This document shows, piece by piece, positions 62,843 to 64,000 of a stretch of 64,000 nucleotides of DNA. Positions within the stretch are counted from its first letter, which is position 1. Every line of letters begins with the position of its first letter. Source of the DNA: a virus. Its lineage: Duplodnaviria > Caudoviricetes. The position numbers and the translations under genes are program-made. The notes under the pieces were generated by a model. The model did not search any database. It was given only the letters and a program-made list of their open reading frames with translations, and was not told the DNA's origin. The DNA lies in the IMG/VR virus record IMGVR_UViG_3300022602_000026; one strand, given 5' to 3'.

Positions 62843-64000
62843 TAACCCATTGCTCCGGCTATTTCTGGATGTGTGTCTCGAAAGTTTTGTTTGCGATATG
62901 CATCAGTTTGTTGCATTTGTCTTAAAAACTCTCGGCCATCACTGCCCTGACCCAATTCAATAAATTTAATAACACGATCTATTTCTTCTTGATGTTTATT
63001 TGTGGTCCAAAATTTAGTTTTTAGTTTGTTTAATACCAACTCTTGTGCTCGTGGAGTCATATACTGTATGCTCATGTGATTGGGACTGTGTAACATATTA
63101 AAGTAAATGCTACCAAAATCTTTAGTATCAGCCCAAGCCAATAACTCATCCAAGTAATAAACATTTTGTATATTGATAGTAAAGCATAACTGAGTAGTAA
63201 TGTTAGGTGCCCATTCTGTTTTGGCAAAATGTGTTCGGTCAATATTACTGTTAGCTTCTGCCCAATTGGCACCGTAACGTTCGTATTCAAAACGTTCGCC
63301 CACATTATCAATACTGAATGCAATGTCCACTCGACCAAACTTTGCCCACATAGGTACATGCGGTAACGGTGTTTGTGTGGCATTGGTGTTGTAGTGTATG
63401 TCAATGTTTCGACTATATCCTTGATCTACTGCATATTGTAGTAGATCAAAGTGCTCTTGTATTAACCAGGGCTCACCGCCAGTAAACTCAAAATATCGAA
63501 TGTTGGGCAACAATGCTTTTAAGTTTTCCCAGAACCCAGGGCTTTCTTCGGGCCACTTGCCGGCCTTGAGCCAAGTATATGCGATGTGCTTTTTCTTGTC
63601 TGCACCTTGAGGCAAGTAATCCATTTCTTCTGCGGCCCACTTGCTACTACTCCATGATCCGCATATACGACATTTTAAATTGCAAATGTTACCAAGTTTT
63701 AAATCTACAAACCAAAGTTGATTGGGAGTATCATTCGCCCAATCCACTTCGGGATATAATTCTTTAAGTCTAACCTGCGTGTGCATACGTTTACTGGTAC
63801 GGCCTGCATCTTCCTCGTCCCAACATCTCTTACAAGTTGCGGGTTTGGCGCCTACACGAAATTGTCGACGCAGATCCTGCATGTACTGACTTTTGTATAC
63901 AACTTGTAAATTTGTTTTAGTTAGGTCGTATTTGTTACCGGCTTCGTCTACGATCTCGTCATGTGCAAGACAACAGGGCCTAGTGGTACCCATTGGACTA
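62839..64000 (-). CDS. Radical SAM protein with N-terminal SPASM/twitch-like domain; 5'-truncated by the window edge
   Basis: RPCC...C..C; CNLKCRIC; TGGEP; YNTN; FSID; frame open to the window end. Confidence 0.88.
   Translation of the reverse strand, partial: SPMGTTRPCCLAHDEIVDEAGNKYDLTKTNLQVVYKSQYMQDLRRQFRVGAKPATCKRCWDEEDAGRTSKRMHTQVRLKELYPEVDWANDTPNQLWFVDLKLGNICNLKCRICGSWSSSKWAAEEMDYLPQGADKKKHIAYTWLKAGKWPEESPGFWENLKALLPNIRYFEFTGGEPWLIQEHFDLLQYAVDQGYSRNIDIHYNTNATQTPLPHVPMWAKFGRVDIAFSIDNVGERFEYERYGANWAEANSNIDRTHFAKTEWAPNITTQLCFTINIQNVYYLDELLAWADTKDFGSIYFNMLHSPNHMSIQYMTPRAQELVLNKLKTKFWTTNKHQEEIDRVIKFIELGQGSDGREFLRQMQQTDAYRKQNFRDTHPEIAGAMGY

Noticed and set aside
589-63767. Numerous 60-160 aa ORFs antisense to, or out of frame within, well-supported genes (e.g. 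8268..8597, 20587..21057, 53375..53845, 61006..61434)
   Set aside because: They are shadow ORFs: fully nested in genes with clear motifs, with no RBS and no recognisable domains.
1-64000. CRISPR array, tRNA or rRNA genes
   Set aside because: No regularly spaced repeats and no cloverleaf with T-loop/D-loop consensus were seen by eye. tRNAscan-SE would be needed to be certain.
1-64000. Stop-codon reassignment, as in some large phages
   Set aside because: Core genes are full length in code 11, and TAA, TGA and TAG all occur as real stops with tight gene packing.

Overview
The window is a 64 kb slice of a large, AT-rich, T4-like tailed-phage genome in the standard genetic code. Core genes include a gp43-type family B DNA polymerase, a probable sliding clamp, a T4-type RNase H, thyA and DHFR, with both sigma70-type and TAAATA late-type promoters. 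No tRNA, rRNA or CRISPR array was seen. Accessory content is dense. (1) A 7-deazaguanine DNA-modification pathway (TGT/DpdA-like, folE, queD, queE, and a second T-fold protein with an LxxxHRHxF motif; no queC/queF in the window) is interleaved with a nuclease-like gene, a glycosyltransferase and galE. (2) A large glycan-tailoring arsenal comprises several glycosyltransferase families, NDP-sugar epimerases and aminotransferases, a sulfotransferase plus APS kinase, a carbamoyltransferase, methyltransferases, an acyl carrier protein, eight SGNH-like paralogs and five further radical SAM enzymes. (3) A candidate virion-delivered effector system consists of three antisense genes (GNAT, isochorismatase-like, kinase-like) sharing an MRIxEI(L/I)TE leader behind a late promoter, plus a 1168-aa modular protein (deaminase, two GNATs) whose modules are separated by hydrophobic-X-Glu sites. 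Further observations are a distinctive promoter class with AATG in the spacer, three candidate structured RNAs, twin unannotated 33-aa peptides, a MoxR/vWA pair, an ABC-ATPase-GNAT fusion and an antisense HNH endonuclease. All family assignments come from reading motifs by eye; no database search was run.
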